A stretch of 64,000 bases of DNA from a virus (taxonomy: Duplodnaviria > Heunggongvirae > Uroviricota > Caudoviricetes). The stretch's first letter is position 1, and each line of letters opens with the position of its first letter. Location: IMG/VR virus record IMGVR_UViG_2582581315_000004, positions 25,802 to 89,801 of that record, one strand, 5' to 3'. Below, in pieces: positions 27,128-36,491 of this stretch. Both the position numbers and the translations under genes were made by a program. The notes beneath the pieces were generated by a model. The model made no database searches, had not been told where the DNA came from, and saw nothing but the letters and a program-made list of their open reading frames with translations.

Positions 27128-27707
27128 TGACACCTAAGATAGACATTCGCATGAGCATGTCAACTATAAAAATGCGCGTGAGAATATTTTGTTGGCCACA
27201 TTGCCGACGCGATGGATATCAGCACGCGCACACGAGGGGAGGCAGGGACCGCGCATGTGCCGCCTCTGTCATGGCCACCCATTGCGCACTCGACGAGAGC
27301 ACACCCCACGCTGCTATGCCTACACCTGGTCTATTGCCCGCCGTGGGCGGGGGATGATGCATAGCGCCTGCCCCTAGCAGGATCACACAGCGCAAGCATG
27401 CATCGCATGATGGTTGCTCTCTCGCTCGCTCCCGCCGCGACACACAGAGCGTCACCAGCTCGCTTGCGCCGCTAGGCAGTGTCGAGCGTCGCGCCGACCG
27501 GTCAGCCCGCGCCCTCGGCCGCCCACATCGACGACAGCGTCCCTCGAGGGGTATGGGGGGTCTCGTTAAGAAGTTAGGGGCGTAGCACCGCGACCGCGTT
27601 GGCACTCAAATTCCGGCGGCGGCAGGAAAAGGAAATTCGATCCCTGTTTACGAGATTCGTGGTTTGTTCTATTGGTCTTCTCACTGACAAGAGGAATGCC
27701 TGAAGCA

Positions 27708-28115
27708 ATGGCCAAGAATGGACTGCCGCCCCGATTCAAGCTTTCGTCGTTGGCGCCGACGGCAATCGCTGCACAGAAAATCGCGAAGGTTGGGCGGTTC
27801 CGCGGCGCGCCGGCGGAGCGTGGGTACGATGCTCGCTGGAACGGTATCAGCCTGCGCTTTCGACGGATGAACCCGTTCTGTGCCTGGTGCACCCAAGAAG
27901 GCAAGGACGCTACACTAGCGGATCTCGTCGATCACATCATCCCTGTCCAAGATCGACCTGATCTTGTTCATGATTTCAAGAACCTATGGTCGTTGTGCAC
28001 CCATCATCATGGGAAGAAATTCAGCCTGGAAGTGTATGCTCGCGATAATGGACTGCTGCATATGCTGCCTATTTGGTGTAAGAACCCCGAGCAACGTCCG
28101 CCCCGTTTTCGGTAG
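27708..28115 (+). CDS. HNH endonuclease
   Basis: CAWCTQEGK...DHIIP...NLWSLCTHHHG places the Cys pairs and His/Asn as in an HNH motif. Confidence 0.7.
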   Translation: MAKNGLPPRFKLSSLAPTAIAAQKIAKVGRFRGAPAERGYDARWNGISLRFRRMNPFCAWCTQEGKDATLADLVDHIIPVQDRPDLVHDFKNLWSLCTHHHGKKFSLEVYARDNGLLHMLPIWCKNPEQRPPRFR

Positions 28116-28136
28116 GGGCAAATTCAGGGAGGGAAC

Positions 28137-28472
28137 ATGCGTCGATTGGTGATGGCAGCAGCGTGGGGCGTACTGGCGAGCTGGCCAGCGCTTGCGGACA
28201 GTGACCCGGTTGTCAGCGCGAAGTTCGTTTGTAGGGCGGCGGACGCTCATATGTCGACGTCACCTTGCAGGTATTCGGAGACCGATAAGACAGTGACGGT
28301 ATCTGTCGATCTCGGTGGGTCAGATGCCAAGGAGCTCTGCCACACCATGCAGATTTCGCTTATGCAAGAGCACGTCTATTTTGACGGTGATCCCTGGAAG
28401 CTCAATTTGAAATCACCATTCAGCGGCGACAACACGATCGCGTTCTGCGACCTGCCGCAGACGCCGCATTAA
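28137..28472 (+). CDS. secreted hypothetical protein (Sec signal peptide)
   Basis: N-terminus MRRLVMAAAWGVLASWPALA fits a signal peptide. RBS GGGAGGGAAC precedes the ATG. Confidence 0.55.
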   Translation: MRRLVMAAAWGVLASWPALADSDPVVSAKFVCRAADAHMSTSPCRYSETDKTVTVSVDLGGSDAKELCHTMQISLMQEHVYFDGDPWKLNLKSPFSGDNTIAFCDLPQTPH

Positions 28473-28477
28473 TTACC

Positions 28478-28507
28478 GTGTCCCGCTAATTCGAATAATC
28501 GGGACAC
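28478..28507. terminator. bidirectional terminator-like hairpin between convergent genes
   Basis: GTGTCCCG-N14-CGGGACAC sits between the + gene ending at 28472 and the - gene ending at 28509. Confidence 0.45.
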
Positions 28508-28508
28508 G

Positions 28509-28835
28509 CTAATTCGTCTCGATGTGTTTCCTCAGTACGTCATTGATCAGCGACCGCCATCCTTCGCCTTTAGTTTCGAAGTGCGAGACGATGTCTGCGT
28601 CCAGGCGGATTGAGATCTGACGACGCGCTTTTCCGGTCGCCGGCCGGCCGCGGCGCTGACCTTCGCCGGGCGCCTCCAGTTCGCTCTCCCGTTTTGGTCG
28701 ATGAACTTTGTGCGGTTTCGCTTCGCCCTTTGCGACCGCGAGCGCTTCTTTTAAGCCCACCGCGATTTTCTCGGCTGGTCGTTGCTTCTTCGGTTTTGCC
28801 TCGCCGATTTTGCGAATCTGATGAATGAGGGCCAT
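28509..28835 (-). CDS. BrnA-like ribbon-helix-helix antitoxin-family protein
   Basis: C-terminus GRPATGKARRQISIRLDADIVSHFETKGEGWRSLINDVLRKHIE matches the BrnA_antitoxin pattern. No BrnT gene is adjacent. Confidence 0.55.
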   Translation of the reverse strand: MALIHQIRKIGEAKPKKQRPAEKIAVGLKEALAVAKGEAKPHKVHRPKRESELEAPGEGQRRGRPATGKARRQISIRLDADIVSHFETKGEGWRSLINDVLRKHIETN

Positions 28836-29720
28836 GTGTACTCCATGAATTAATTCTTGTACGCATTTTTTATATTGACATGCGCATAGGAATTTGGCAA
28901 TGATTGGCCATCCTAAGAAATTGGGACACGGTCGGTGACGGAGCGGTTCGACGGTCACGGGAAGAGGCGCGGGACTCCGAAACGTTAGCCGCGGGCATGC
29001 TTCAGCCATACCAAATTCGACCGGTTAACATCTGGCACATCGCCGTGATCTGTGACCGGCGGAGAGCCCCAGGCAGACAGGGATACCAATGGCGGAAAGC
29101 CGGAAACGACGCCGGTATGCCCATGGTTCAGATCCGGACGATCCGGCACGAGCCATGGGCGAAAATGAAACTCCCGTGGTCGGGGCTGGCCTTACCATCC
29201 GCCAAGCCGCATGGGGTCTCGTGGCCCACGAGCGATAAAGGAACGGGCAAGCGCATGCCGGGCGTGCCTCTGAGGAGAGGCGAGTACGGGCGCCAGCGGG
29301 TTTAGCGACCTTCTCTCTGGTGGCAAACCCCAAAGTGGAAGCGATAGGAAGCCATGGCGGTAGGATTTCTGCCCTGTCCGGAGCGAGACGGTAAACCGCT
29401 CAACACTTAGCCCGGTAGGGCCGCAATGACCGCACTGGCAACGGTGCCGCCGAAAGGGACGATACACTCTCGAGTGAAGGTCGTCGGGTCTCGGAATGGC
29501 TGGATGACTTTGTCGTTCAAGACGGCCTCTAAATGTCTAGAAACGGCGGGAATGCACCTCCACCATAGAAGAGGTGCGGTGGGGAATGCCGAAGATTAGT
29601 TCCACCTAAAGGTAAAGTTCGGACCGGGGCGCCGGTAAACGCAATTCGCCGCCGGCAATCATCCCACGATGGTGTCTGCGACGCGCCGGCGGCGAGGGGA
29701 ATTCGCCCGAATGGGCATAA

Positions 29721-29797
29721 AGCAGGGTGGAGCAGCTCGGTAGCTCGTCAGGCTCATAACCTGAAGGCCGCAGGTTCAAATCCTGCCCCTGCAACCA
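29721..29797 (+). tRNA. tRNA-Met (CAU), initiator-like
   Basis: Cloverleaf folds with CAU anticodon. It has the initiator signatures A11:U24, T-loop TTCAAAT and a 1x72 mismatch (A:A). The backbone is near-identical to bacterial tRNA-fMet. Confidence 0.8.
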
Positions 29798-29952
29798 AGT
29801 TTCAGTAATCCGGAAAATCCGGACTACTGCCCAAAGTCCAGGCTCACCGCCTGGCATTCCGGTCGACGCGCTGCCGACAGGAGCCGGTCTTAGATTCTCG
29901 GAGCGTATTGGCAGAGTGGTTGTGCCGCAACCGGTAGAGACGCCTGGATGCC

Positions 29953-30270
29953 TTGGGGATGCGAAACCGGTCAGTACGTCGATGTATGTCGGGGGAATAC
30001 CGGCCCCACAAATGGAGGTTTGATGCATTGACAGAGTTTCAACACATTGGGGTCAGCGAGGCGCGGCCGGGTGTCAAAGTGAAGGCCGACGGTGGCTTCA
30101 CGTGCATGCCTGCGGGTGTAATCCGAACAATTCGACGTGACACCCATCGGGAAATGTACGTGCACTGCAATTGCGGTCGTCACTATCTCGATGACCAGGA
30201 GCGCGGCGCCGAGGACGGCTACCAGGCTCCGATCTACATCGGGTTTCAGCTGTATTCCTTGGCGGCCTGA
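29953..30270 (+). CDS. hypothetical protein (start uncertain)
   Basis: Open frame downstream of the tRNA. No convincing RBS/ATG pair, so it may be shorter or non-coding. Confidence 0.2.
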   Translation: MGMRNRSVRRCMSGEYRPHKWRFDALTEFQHIGVSEARPGVKVKADGGFTCMPAGVIRTIRRDTHREMYVHCNCGRHYLDDQERGAEDGYQAPIYIGFQLYSLAA

Positions 30271-30699
30271 GCAATTCGCGAAAACCGGCACGGCGGTACC
30301 GTGCAGAGCCTACTCGGATTAGCCAATCCGAGACCTTTACCATCGGCTCCGAATGGTGGCTCGTTCGGGCATCAGATCTCACCTCGCTGGCGCCGCAAAG
30401 GCGACGGCAAACAGTTGCGATGCGCGATGGTTCGCACGCCTACGGGCGCGCCGGTTCGATCCCGGCTGGGGTCATAATGGTCGGTTCGAGTCCGACTGCA
30501 TCGCATTCAAACATCCGCCGGCGCCGGCGGATCAGAGCGGAAGCAGTTCAGGCGTGGCTGAGAGCAATTGGACGGATGATAGTCGAGGCGCCGATGTCGC
30601 CGAAGCAAACCCCGGATAGAAATGCCTCCCTGCTTCCGCTCGCAGCAATCATATGGCGCCATCACGCGTACCATCAGTTCCAACCATCGGGAAGCTAGG

Positions 30700-31344
30700 A
30701 TGCGACTCAGAACACAGGCGTTTCTGACGAAAGAGCAGGAGAAGTCCGCGACCTCGGATCAGCTCGTCGTCTCCCATGCAGCGCTCGTTCGGACGATGGC
30801 AATGAAATTTTCGCGCTATGGCGTGAGCATCGATGATCTGACCCAGGAGGGAAATATTGGGTTGATCATCGCTGCATCAAAATTCGAGCCGGATATGGGC
30901 AATCGTTTCTCCACATATGCGCAATATTGGGTCAACGCTAAAATGCGTGACCTGGTTATAAGAACGCACTCCGTGGTGAAGCCTTGCACGTCGAAGACTG
31001 CCAAAGCTGCCTTCTTCAGGAAGCGTCCTCATTTTGATGTGAGTATGGAAACCCCGCTCTCTGAAGACGGCATGGTTCTCCAAGACAAATTCGTGAGCGA
31101 TGATCCGCGGCCGGATCAGCTCGTCGAAGAGATGATCGATTCCTCGATTAAAGCTGCATCGCTCCAGAAAGCTATGGCCCGGCTCAACACAAGAGAATTG
31201 GACATCATCAAGTCTCGATTTCTCAACGAAGAGACCGAAACGCTGCTGGAGATTGGCAACCGCTATGGGATCTCCAATGAGCGAGTGCGGCAGATCGAAG
31301 TCGTGGCTTTGAAGAAACTCCGCAAAGAAATGGTCGGTAGCTAA
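30700..31344 (+). CDS. sigma-70-family RNA polymerase sigma factor (RpoH/group-3-like)
   Basis: Region 2 QEGNIGLIIAASKFEPDMGNRFSTYAQYWV and region 4 LLEIGNRYGISNERVRQIEVVALKKLRK. Confidence 0.75.
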   Translation: MRLRTQAFLTKEQEKSATSDQLVVSHAALVRTMAMKFSRYGVSIDDLTQEGNIGLIIAASKFEPDMGNRFSTYAQYWVNAKMRDLVIRTHSVVKPCTSKTAKAAFFRKRPHFDVSMETPLSEDGMVLQDKFVSDDPRPDQLVEEMIDSSIKAASLQKAMARLNTRELDIIKSRFLNEETETLLEIGNRYGISNERVRQIEVVALKKLRKEMVGS

Positions 31345-31357
31345 TGAGGAAGAGCAA

Positions 31358-31489
31358 ATGAAACTGGAAGATTTGAAGACCAGGAATGGCCGGCCAACGC
31401 CTCCAAACGAAAAGAGGGCCGCGCTGTTCATGGCATTGCTATTTGTGGTCGCTGTGATTTTGGCGGCGATCGCGAAGGCGCACCTGTGA
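31358..31489 (+). CDS. 43-aa single-pass membrane micro-protein
   Basis: RBS GAGGAAGAGCAA precedes the ATG. Hydrophobic core AALFMALLFVVAVILAAIA. Not present in the ORF track. Confidence 0.45.
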   Translation: MKLEDLKTRNGRPTPPNEKRAALFMALLFVVAVILAAIAKAHL

Positions 31490-31602
31490 TGTTGAAGATC
31501 ATTGGCGCGATTGTCGTGGCAATATTTATCGCTTTGGGCGCGGTGAAGGCGCTCGAACTCTTCCGCAAGAAAGCGGACTCCACAGAAGAAAAGAAGGACT
31601 GA
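31489..31602 (+). CDS. 37-aa single-pass membrane micro-protein
   Basis: ATG overlaps the upstream TGA (TGATG). Hydrophobic core IIGAIVVAIFIALGAV. Confidence 0.45.
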   Translation: MLKIIGAIVVAIFIALGAVKALELFRKKADSTEEKKD

Positions 31603-31603
31603 A

Positions 31604-32458
31604 ATGGGCTATATCAAAGCGTTATTTGGGCTGATCATTGTCTTGCTCGTGCTGTCATTCGTTGGCGGCTCGTTCTACACCGTCGACGAGGGCGAGCGCG
31701 CCGTCGTCACCAGTCAGGGGAAGATTTCAGGTGTCAGCCAGCCTGGCTTTCACTGGAAGCTTCCGTTCATCACCGAAGCCCATATCATCAGCGTGCGCAC
31801 GCAAGCGCTCGAGTTCAAGAACGAGCCGGTCTATACCGCGGATCGTCAGACCGCGAACGTGACATTCTCGATCAACTACTCGGCAATTCCCACTGAGCAG
31901 GAAATCACCACGCTATATCGGACGTTCCAGACGCTGGATGGGATCGAGAGCAGAGCGATCACCAGGCAGTCGCGTGAGCAGATCAAGAACGTCTTCGGCA
32001 CCTTCACCGCTGACACAGCAATTCGCGAACGAGCCCGCCTCAATACGGAAGTCGCCAAGGCGATCGCCGGCGTCGGTGAGGGACTTGTGAAGGTCGAAGG
32101 GGTGAATATCGAGAATATCGATTTCTCCGACGCGGTCGAACAGGCTGCAGAGCAGCGGGCGCAGGCCGAAATGCTTGTTCAGACCGAAAAGCAGAAGCTC
32201 GAGCGCACTAAGGTCGAGGCCGACATCCAAACGACCCAGGCCCAGGCTGAAGCGGACTCGAACCTTGCTCGAGCCAAGGCTGATGCTGAAGGCGTGAAGC
32301 TCAGGGGCGAAGCGGAGGCGGCCGCGATCAAAGCGAAATCCGAAGCGCTTCAGCAGTCCCCGAACCTGGTCGAGCTGACCAAGGCCGAGAAGTGGGACGG
32401 CAAGTTGCCGACGACGTTTGTCCCCGGCTCCGCGGTACCGCTCCTGAACATCAAGTAG
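31604..32458 (+). CDS. SPFH/band-7 (prohibitin/HflK-C-like) membrane protein
   Basis: N-terminal TM segment, an SPFH core (FYTVDEGERAVV...) and a long Ala/Glu-rich coiled-coil tail. RBS AAGAAGGA. Confidence 0.7.
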   Translation: MGYIKALFGLIIVLLVLSFVGGSFYTVDEGERAVVTSQGKISGVSQPGFHWKLPFITEAHIISVRTQALEFKNEPVYTADRQTANVTFSINYSAIPTEQEITTLYRTFQTLDGIESRAITRQSREQIKNVFGTFTADTAIRERARLNTEVAKAIAGVGEGLVKVEGVNIENIDFSDAVEQAAEQRAQAEMLVQTEKQKLERTKVEADIQTTQAQAEADSNLARAKADAEGVKLRGEAEAAAIKAKSEALQQSPNLVELTKAEKWDGKLPTTFVPGSAVPLLNIK

Positions 32459-32526
32459 CCGGCCACTGCTGGCTCAGAGCCAAGGCGATGCCTTGGCTAC
32501 CTTCACCAAGTTGAACGGAAATCAAC

Positions 32527-32730
32527 ATGAAATCGAGACAGGTCGAGCGCGCGGAATTTCGCGCCGAAGTGAACAAGGGTGAGCGCAGCCGACGCCAGAT
32601 CGAGCGGAAAAAGAGCGAGGCTGCACTGGAGGATCGGAAGACGCAATCGTCGACGCTTCTTACGAAGGCGATGTCAGCTGTATCCCGGCTAAGCCGGGCG
32701 CACATCACCAAAGCCTTCGGCTCGAAGTAG
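32527..32730 (+). CDS. hypothetical basic protein
   Basis: 67-aa ORF. Confidence 0.4.
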   Translation: MKSRQVERAEFRAEVNKGERSRRQIERKKSEAALEDRKTQSSTLLTKAMSAVSRLSRAHITKAFGSK

Positions 32731-32748
32731 ATAGGGGAGGCGATCGTC

Positions 32749-33087
32749 ATGGCTTCAGCACAGAACAAGGCGACGGTCGCCTTTTCAACAACGCTTACGC
32801 TCAACGAGACAGAGATACAGGCGCTCGAGGCGCTTGTAGGATACGGCGCTGATGCATTCTTGAAGGTGTTCAAGGCGAATCTCGGAACTTGTTACATTCG
32901 AGATCACGAGGAAGGCATCCGTTCTCTGTTTGCCGCGATAAACCGTGATGTCGTCCCGGCCCACAGAACGATTGTGGAGGCCAGGAAGGATCTCATTGAT
33001 GGCTTCCGGCGCCGAGCGGAGAAGGATGCGAGGCGTAAAAAAGAACTGGAATTGATGGTCGAGCAGTCGAATGGGAAGTCCAAATGA
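32749..33087 (+). CDS. hypothetical protein
   Basis: 112-aa ORF with a start just downstream of the previous stop (18-nt gap). Confidence 0.45.
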   Translation: MASAQNKATVAFSTTLTLNETEIQALEALVGYGADAFLKVFKANLGTCYIRDHEEGIRSLFAAINRDVVPAHRTIVEARKDLIDGFRRRAEKDARRKKELELMVEQSNGKSK

Positions 33088-33539
33088 CGATCGACGAGAT
33101 CATATCCGGACTCGGGAGCCTGACTGAGGTGAATCGACTGCTGCGCAAATCGCTCGAGAAGATCATGGTGGAGGAGTTGCTCGGCCCAGATCGGAAAGAG
33201 ACTTGGGAGCAGGATTTCCCCTTCGGAATGATCACGATGTCGCTAGATTGCGCGCGGGAGCTCTTTCAGCGCGCATTTCCTGGCTGGCTCTATCGAGTCA
33301 TGGAATGCAGCGTCAGTGACGATGCCTGGGTAACTCCGGATTTCAATCACCCGCAGCATGGTGCCGATCTGCAGCGACAGTTTCCCGACGCAATGAAAGA
33401 CCCCGTGGATTGGTTCGGTACCGATGTCGATCTCCGACCATCGGGGCGCCCCGCGCTGGCCCTTTGCATTTCCATGCTGCTGGCCAAGAAGAAAATCAAT
33501 GAAGCCGTTTCGCCCAAGGAGGCAAGGGACAGCGCATGA
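33084..33539 (+). CDS. hypothetical protein
   Basis: ATGA start/stop overlap with the upstream gene. Confidence 0.45.
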   Translation: MTIDEIISGLGSLTEVNRLLRKSLEKIMVEELLGPDRKETWEQDFPFGMITMSLDCARELFQRAFPGWLYRVMECSVSDDAWVTPDFNHPQHGADLQRQFPDAMKDPVDWFGTDVDLRPSGRPALALCISMLLAKKKINEAVSPKEARDSA

Positions 33540-34243
33540 GCATGTCAATTCGAATGAAGCTTGCGAACATTCTTCGCAATTTCCACAGAACGGCTGAACA
33601 TCCAGAAGCCGAAGACGGGGATGTCTATGCTGCGATCGACGCTATCCTTCGTGTATTCGACAGCGGTATTGACGTTCCGAAGGAATTGCATCCGAGCGTG
33701 ATCAAGATGCTTGGCGTTGACCTGGCCTCCAGGGAGGGCGTCACCGTTCATTTGGTGTCGATGCCAAAGGAAGACTATGACGCTATGAAACGCCGGGAAC
33801 ATCGGGAGCAGGAGCTGCTCGAAGCTAACAATCGGTATCTGAATCGCGCCCGTGTCGCCGAGGCAAATGAGTGCAACGGCAGGGATGCCCGCCAGACTGC
33901 CATGTTCCGTTGGGCTCACGACACCTTTGGGGGTATCGATGGCTTCGATCCGTGCACAATCGAAGAGCGCGCCCGACGCTATTTGGAGGAGTCGTTCGAG
34001 CTCGTCCAGGCTCTCGGTGTCTCGAGTGCCGAGAGCCAGAAGGTGCTCGACTACGTCTATGCTCGCCCAGTCGGTGACCCTTTCCAAGAGTTTGGGGGAA
34101 CTGCTCTCACATTGAACTGCCTGGCTGAAGCTGCTGGTGTTTCGGTTTGCAGGGCAGAAATTGCTGAATTCGAACGCGTTCAACAGAAAAGCAAAGCCCA
34201 TTTCGAAGCCCGCCATCGCGCTAAGATGGAGGTCGGTCTGTGA
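33536..34243 (+). CDS. protein with C-terminal MazG-like/DUF550 NTP-pyrophosphohydrolase domain
   Basis: RQTAMFRWAHDTF...ERARRYLEESFELVQAL has the all-alpha NTP-PPase pattern. Confidence 0.4.
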   Translation: MSMSIRMKLANILRNFHRTAEHPEAEDGDVYAAIDAILRVFDSGIDVPKELHPSVIKMLGVDLASREGVTVHLVSMPKEDYDAMKRREHREQELLEANNRYLNRARVAEANECNGRDARQTAMFRWAHDTFGGIDGFDPCTIEERARRYLEESFELVQALGVSSAESQKVLDYVYARPVGDPFQEFGGTALTLNCLAEAAGVSVCRAEIAEFERVQQKSKAHFEARHRAKMEVGL

Positions 34244-34563
34244 GACTCGTCATCATCGAAAGCCCCTATGCCGGCGACATCGAAGCAAACGTGTTGTATG
34301 CGCGGGCGGCTCTTTGGGATTGCCTCGAACGCGGTGAAGCTCCGTACGCGAGCCATCTGCTTTACACCCAGGTTGGTGTTCTCGATGACAGCGATCCGGC
34401 CCAGCGCGCCCGCGGCATTGAGGCAGGTCTCGTGTGGGGCAAGCATGCTGACGCGACGGTGGTCTATATCGACCGTGGCATTTCCAAAGGCATGGAACTC
34501 GGGATCCAGCGCGCAGCCTCGGAGGGGCGTCCCGTCGAGTATAGGAAGCTGGATCGCCAATGA
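34240..34563 (+). CDS. hypothetical protein (possible nucleoside 2-deoxyribosyltransferase-like fold)
   Basis: 107-aa ORF; VIIESPYAG. Overlapping start and stop. Confidence 0.35.
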   Translation: MRLVIIESPYAGDIEANVLYARAALWDCLERGEAPYASHLLYTQVGVLDDSDPAQRARGIEAGLVWGKHADATVVYIDRGISKGMELGIQRAASEGRPVEYRKLDRQ

Positions 34564-35006
34564 GTTGGGACCGTTATTTCATCCAGATGTCGCAACTGGT
34601 TGCCAGCAAGAGCAAAGATCGCTCGACGAAGGTCGGTTGCGTCATAGTCGGGCCAGACAACGAGGTTCGCTCGACAGGCTACAACGGCTTTCCGCGCGGG
34701 ATAGATGACAAAATCGAAGCCAGACACGAGCGGCCGGTCAAGTACCAATGGACGGAGCACGCGGAGCGCAATGCCATTTACAATGCGGCGCGCGCCGGCA
34801 TCTCGACTGGCGGATGTCGGATATTCCTGCAGTGGTTTCCATGCGTCGATTGTGCGCGGGCCATCATCCAGTCCGGCATCTGCGAAGTCGTTGCGCTGCC
34901 GGTTGATCTTGCCAATCCGCGGTGGGTGGAAAGCTTCCAAACATCCAGAGAGATGCTCGAAGAAGCCGGTGTCATACTTCGCTACGTTGCAGAGGAATGC
35001 CAATGA
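34560..35006 (+). CDS. dCMP/cytidine deaminase (CDA zinc-binding family)
   Basis: HAERNAI (HxE) and PCVDCARAI (PCxxC) zinc-binding motifs. Confidence 0.75.
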   Translation: MSWDRYFIQMSQLVASKSKDRSTKVGCVIVGPDNEVRSTGYNGFPRGIDDKIEARHERPVKYQWTEHAERNAIYNAARAGISTGGCRIFLQWFPCVDCARAIIQSGICEVVALPVDLANPRWVESFQTSREMLEEAGVILRYVAEECQ

Positions 35007-35140
35007 TCGTGTTCGATTGGACTTCCTTCTACATCGGCTTCTTTGCCGGCGCCTTCATCATTGCGCTGATTGTGATCGTGCTGATGGTCAAGGCTCACTC
35101 GAACGCTTTGCGGGATCAATTCAACCAGGGCCATTTTTGA
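35003..35140 (+). CDS. 45-aa membrane micro-protein
   Basis: ATGA overlap with the upstream gene. Hydrophobic core FYIGFFAGAFIIALIVIVLMV. Confidence 0.4.
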   Translation: MIVFDWTSFYIGFFAGAFIIALIVIVLMVKAHSNALRDQFNQGHF

Positions 35141-35466
35141 TGATGAACGAATTGATCGCTGAAGCGAAACGTGCCCTCGGTCTTCGGTCTGTCTGGATCG
35201 ATGACGAGGAATACGAGAAGATCATCAACGCCGTTTTGACGAAGGTCGCGAGCTATGACGATGAGGACGCGAAGGCGTTGGCAATTGCCTCTTCCGCTCG
35301 CTTCAATCGACTGCTCAGAATCTGCAGCGAGATCATGTGGACTGCTCTTGGCGAGCCGGCGATGAACAGTGCCAGGACTCGAGCGGCGCTAAATGAGCTC
35401 GCGGCTTTCGTGCTGCAAGACGCTCTGGAAGTCGAGGAGAGGAAGTCGGCTGATGTTATCCGCTAA
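35140..35466 (+). CDS. hypothetical protein
   Basis: Start overlaps the upstream TGA. Confidence 0.4.
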   Translation: MMNELIAEAKRALGLRSVWIDDEEYEKIINAVLTKVASYDDEDAKALAIASSARFNRLLRICSEIMWTALGEPAMNSARTRAALNELAAFVLQDALEVEERKSADVIR

Positions 35467-35785
35467 GAGACACAATGAGCTTGTCGATTTCATGATGGAG
35501 TCAGATCGTTTTCAAACGCGCAAGGAGCTCGAAGACGAGATGATCAGGCGCTTCGGTGACATAAGCTTTGACGATTTCGACAAAGCAATGGCGGATGCAG
35601 CGGATCGAGAAAGGGAGAGGGCGGCGGACCTCGACGCGGAGGCTGAGGCAATGGCTGAGTACATGCCTTTGTTCGATGGCGAGCCCAAAGACGCGAAGCT
35701 AGGTGAGGTCGCAATACGGAAGGCGGCGCTAGGCGATCCGCTTGCCCTCAAGTTCCTCACGTCTCTGCAGGATGACGACCTTTGA
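35453..35785 (+). CDS. hypothetical acidic protein
   Basis: RBS GAGGAGAGGAAG precedes the ATG. Confidence 0.45.
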   Translation: MLSAKRHNELVDFMMESDRFQTRKELEDEMIRRFGDISFDDFDKAMADAADRERERAADLDAEAEAMAEYMPLFDGEPKDAKLGEVAIRKAALGDPLALKFLTSLQDDDL

Positions 35786-36276
35786 GCGACGAACACGAAG
35801 ATCATCGGAGCAATCCAATCGAGGAAAACCCCGGCGCCACGCCGTACGGTTCTCCGGTGATAGATTTCGGTGAGATGCGCATAGCGTTCGGTCTTCCGAA
35901 ATTCCACCATAAGATCTGCAGGCACACACGCCTCGTCTACAATATCAGAGAGCGTCGCGTATGGTGCGATGACTGCGAAAGCACCGTTGACGGATTCGAT
36001 GCATTCATGACGATCACCACCCATTTCCATGGGATGGAGCGCGCAGCGCAGCTGAGGCTCGCCCAGGCCGAGGAAGCGAAGAAGGCGACGATCGTCAAGC
36101 GCGCGACCAAGAACATTGATCGGGCATGGAACCGCCAACGTCCGATGGCGATTTGCTGCACTCATTGCGGTGGCGGCCTGCTCCCTGAAGATTTCGAGTC
36201 AGGCGGATCCGCGGTGTCCCGCGATCTCGAATTGGCGCGCAGGAAGCGCCTGAAAACTGAAAAGGAAGTCAAATGA
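35782..36276 (+). CDS. hypothetical zinc-finger-containing protein
   Basis: Two CxxC pairs (CDDCES, CTHCGGG). Confidence 0.45.
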   Translation: MSDEHEDHRSNPIEENPGATPYGSPVIDFGEMRIAFGLPKFHHKICRHTRLVYNIRERRVWCDDCESTVDGFDAFMTITTHFHGMERAAQLRLAQAEEAKKATIVKRATKNIDRAWNRQRPMAICCTHCGGGLLPEDFESGGSAVSRDLELARRKRLKTEKEVK

Positions 36277-36491
36277 CCCCCCACTACACGATGCAGTTTT
36301 TCGCTTACGAGCACCTTCCTCCCCACCTGCAGGCAGTGAGCAAACCCTTCGGCGATCTCGCGAGACAGATGGATGGGCAGCTTCCGAACAATCCGGAAAA
36401 GTCGGCCATGCTCCGCCATTTGCTCGAGGCCAAGGATAGCGCTGTCCGCGCACTACTGTTTAAAGCCGAGCAAACGGAGGACGGCCGTTGA
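36273..36491 (+). CDS. hypothetical protein
   Basis: 72-aa ORF with overlapping start. Confidence 0.4.
   Translation: MTPHYTMQFFAYEHLPPHLQAVSKPFGDLARQMDGQLPNNPEKSAMLRHLLEAKDSAVRALLFKAEQTEDGR

Noticed and set aside
29025-29333. Possible BrnT toxin upstream of the BrnA-like gene
   Set aside because: The translation is Arg/Ala/Cys-rich with no DUF497 features. It is most likely non-coding.
29721-29797. tRNA-Met or tRNA-Gly as prophage attachment sites
   Set aside because: No integrase or recombinase gene is present anywhere in the window. No repeated tRNA 3' fragments were seen. Both tRNAs lie inside the phage gene order, so they are more likely phage-encoded tRNAs.
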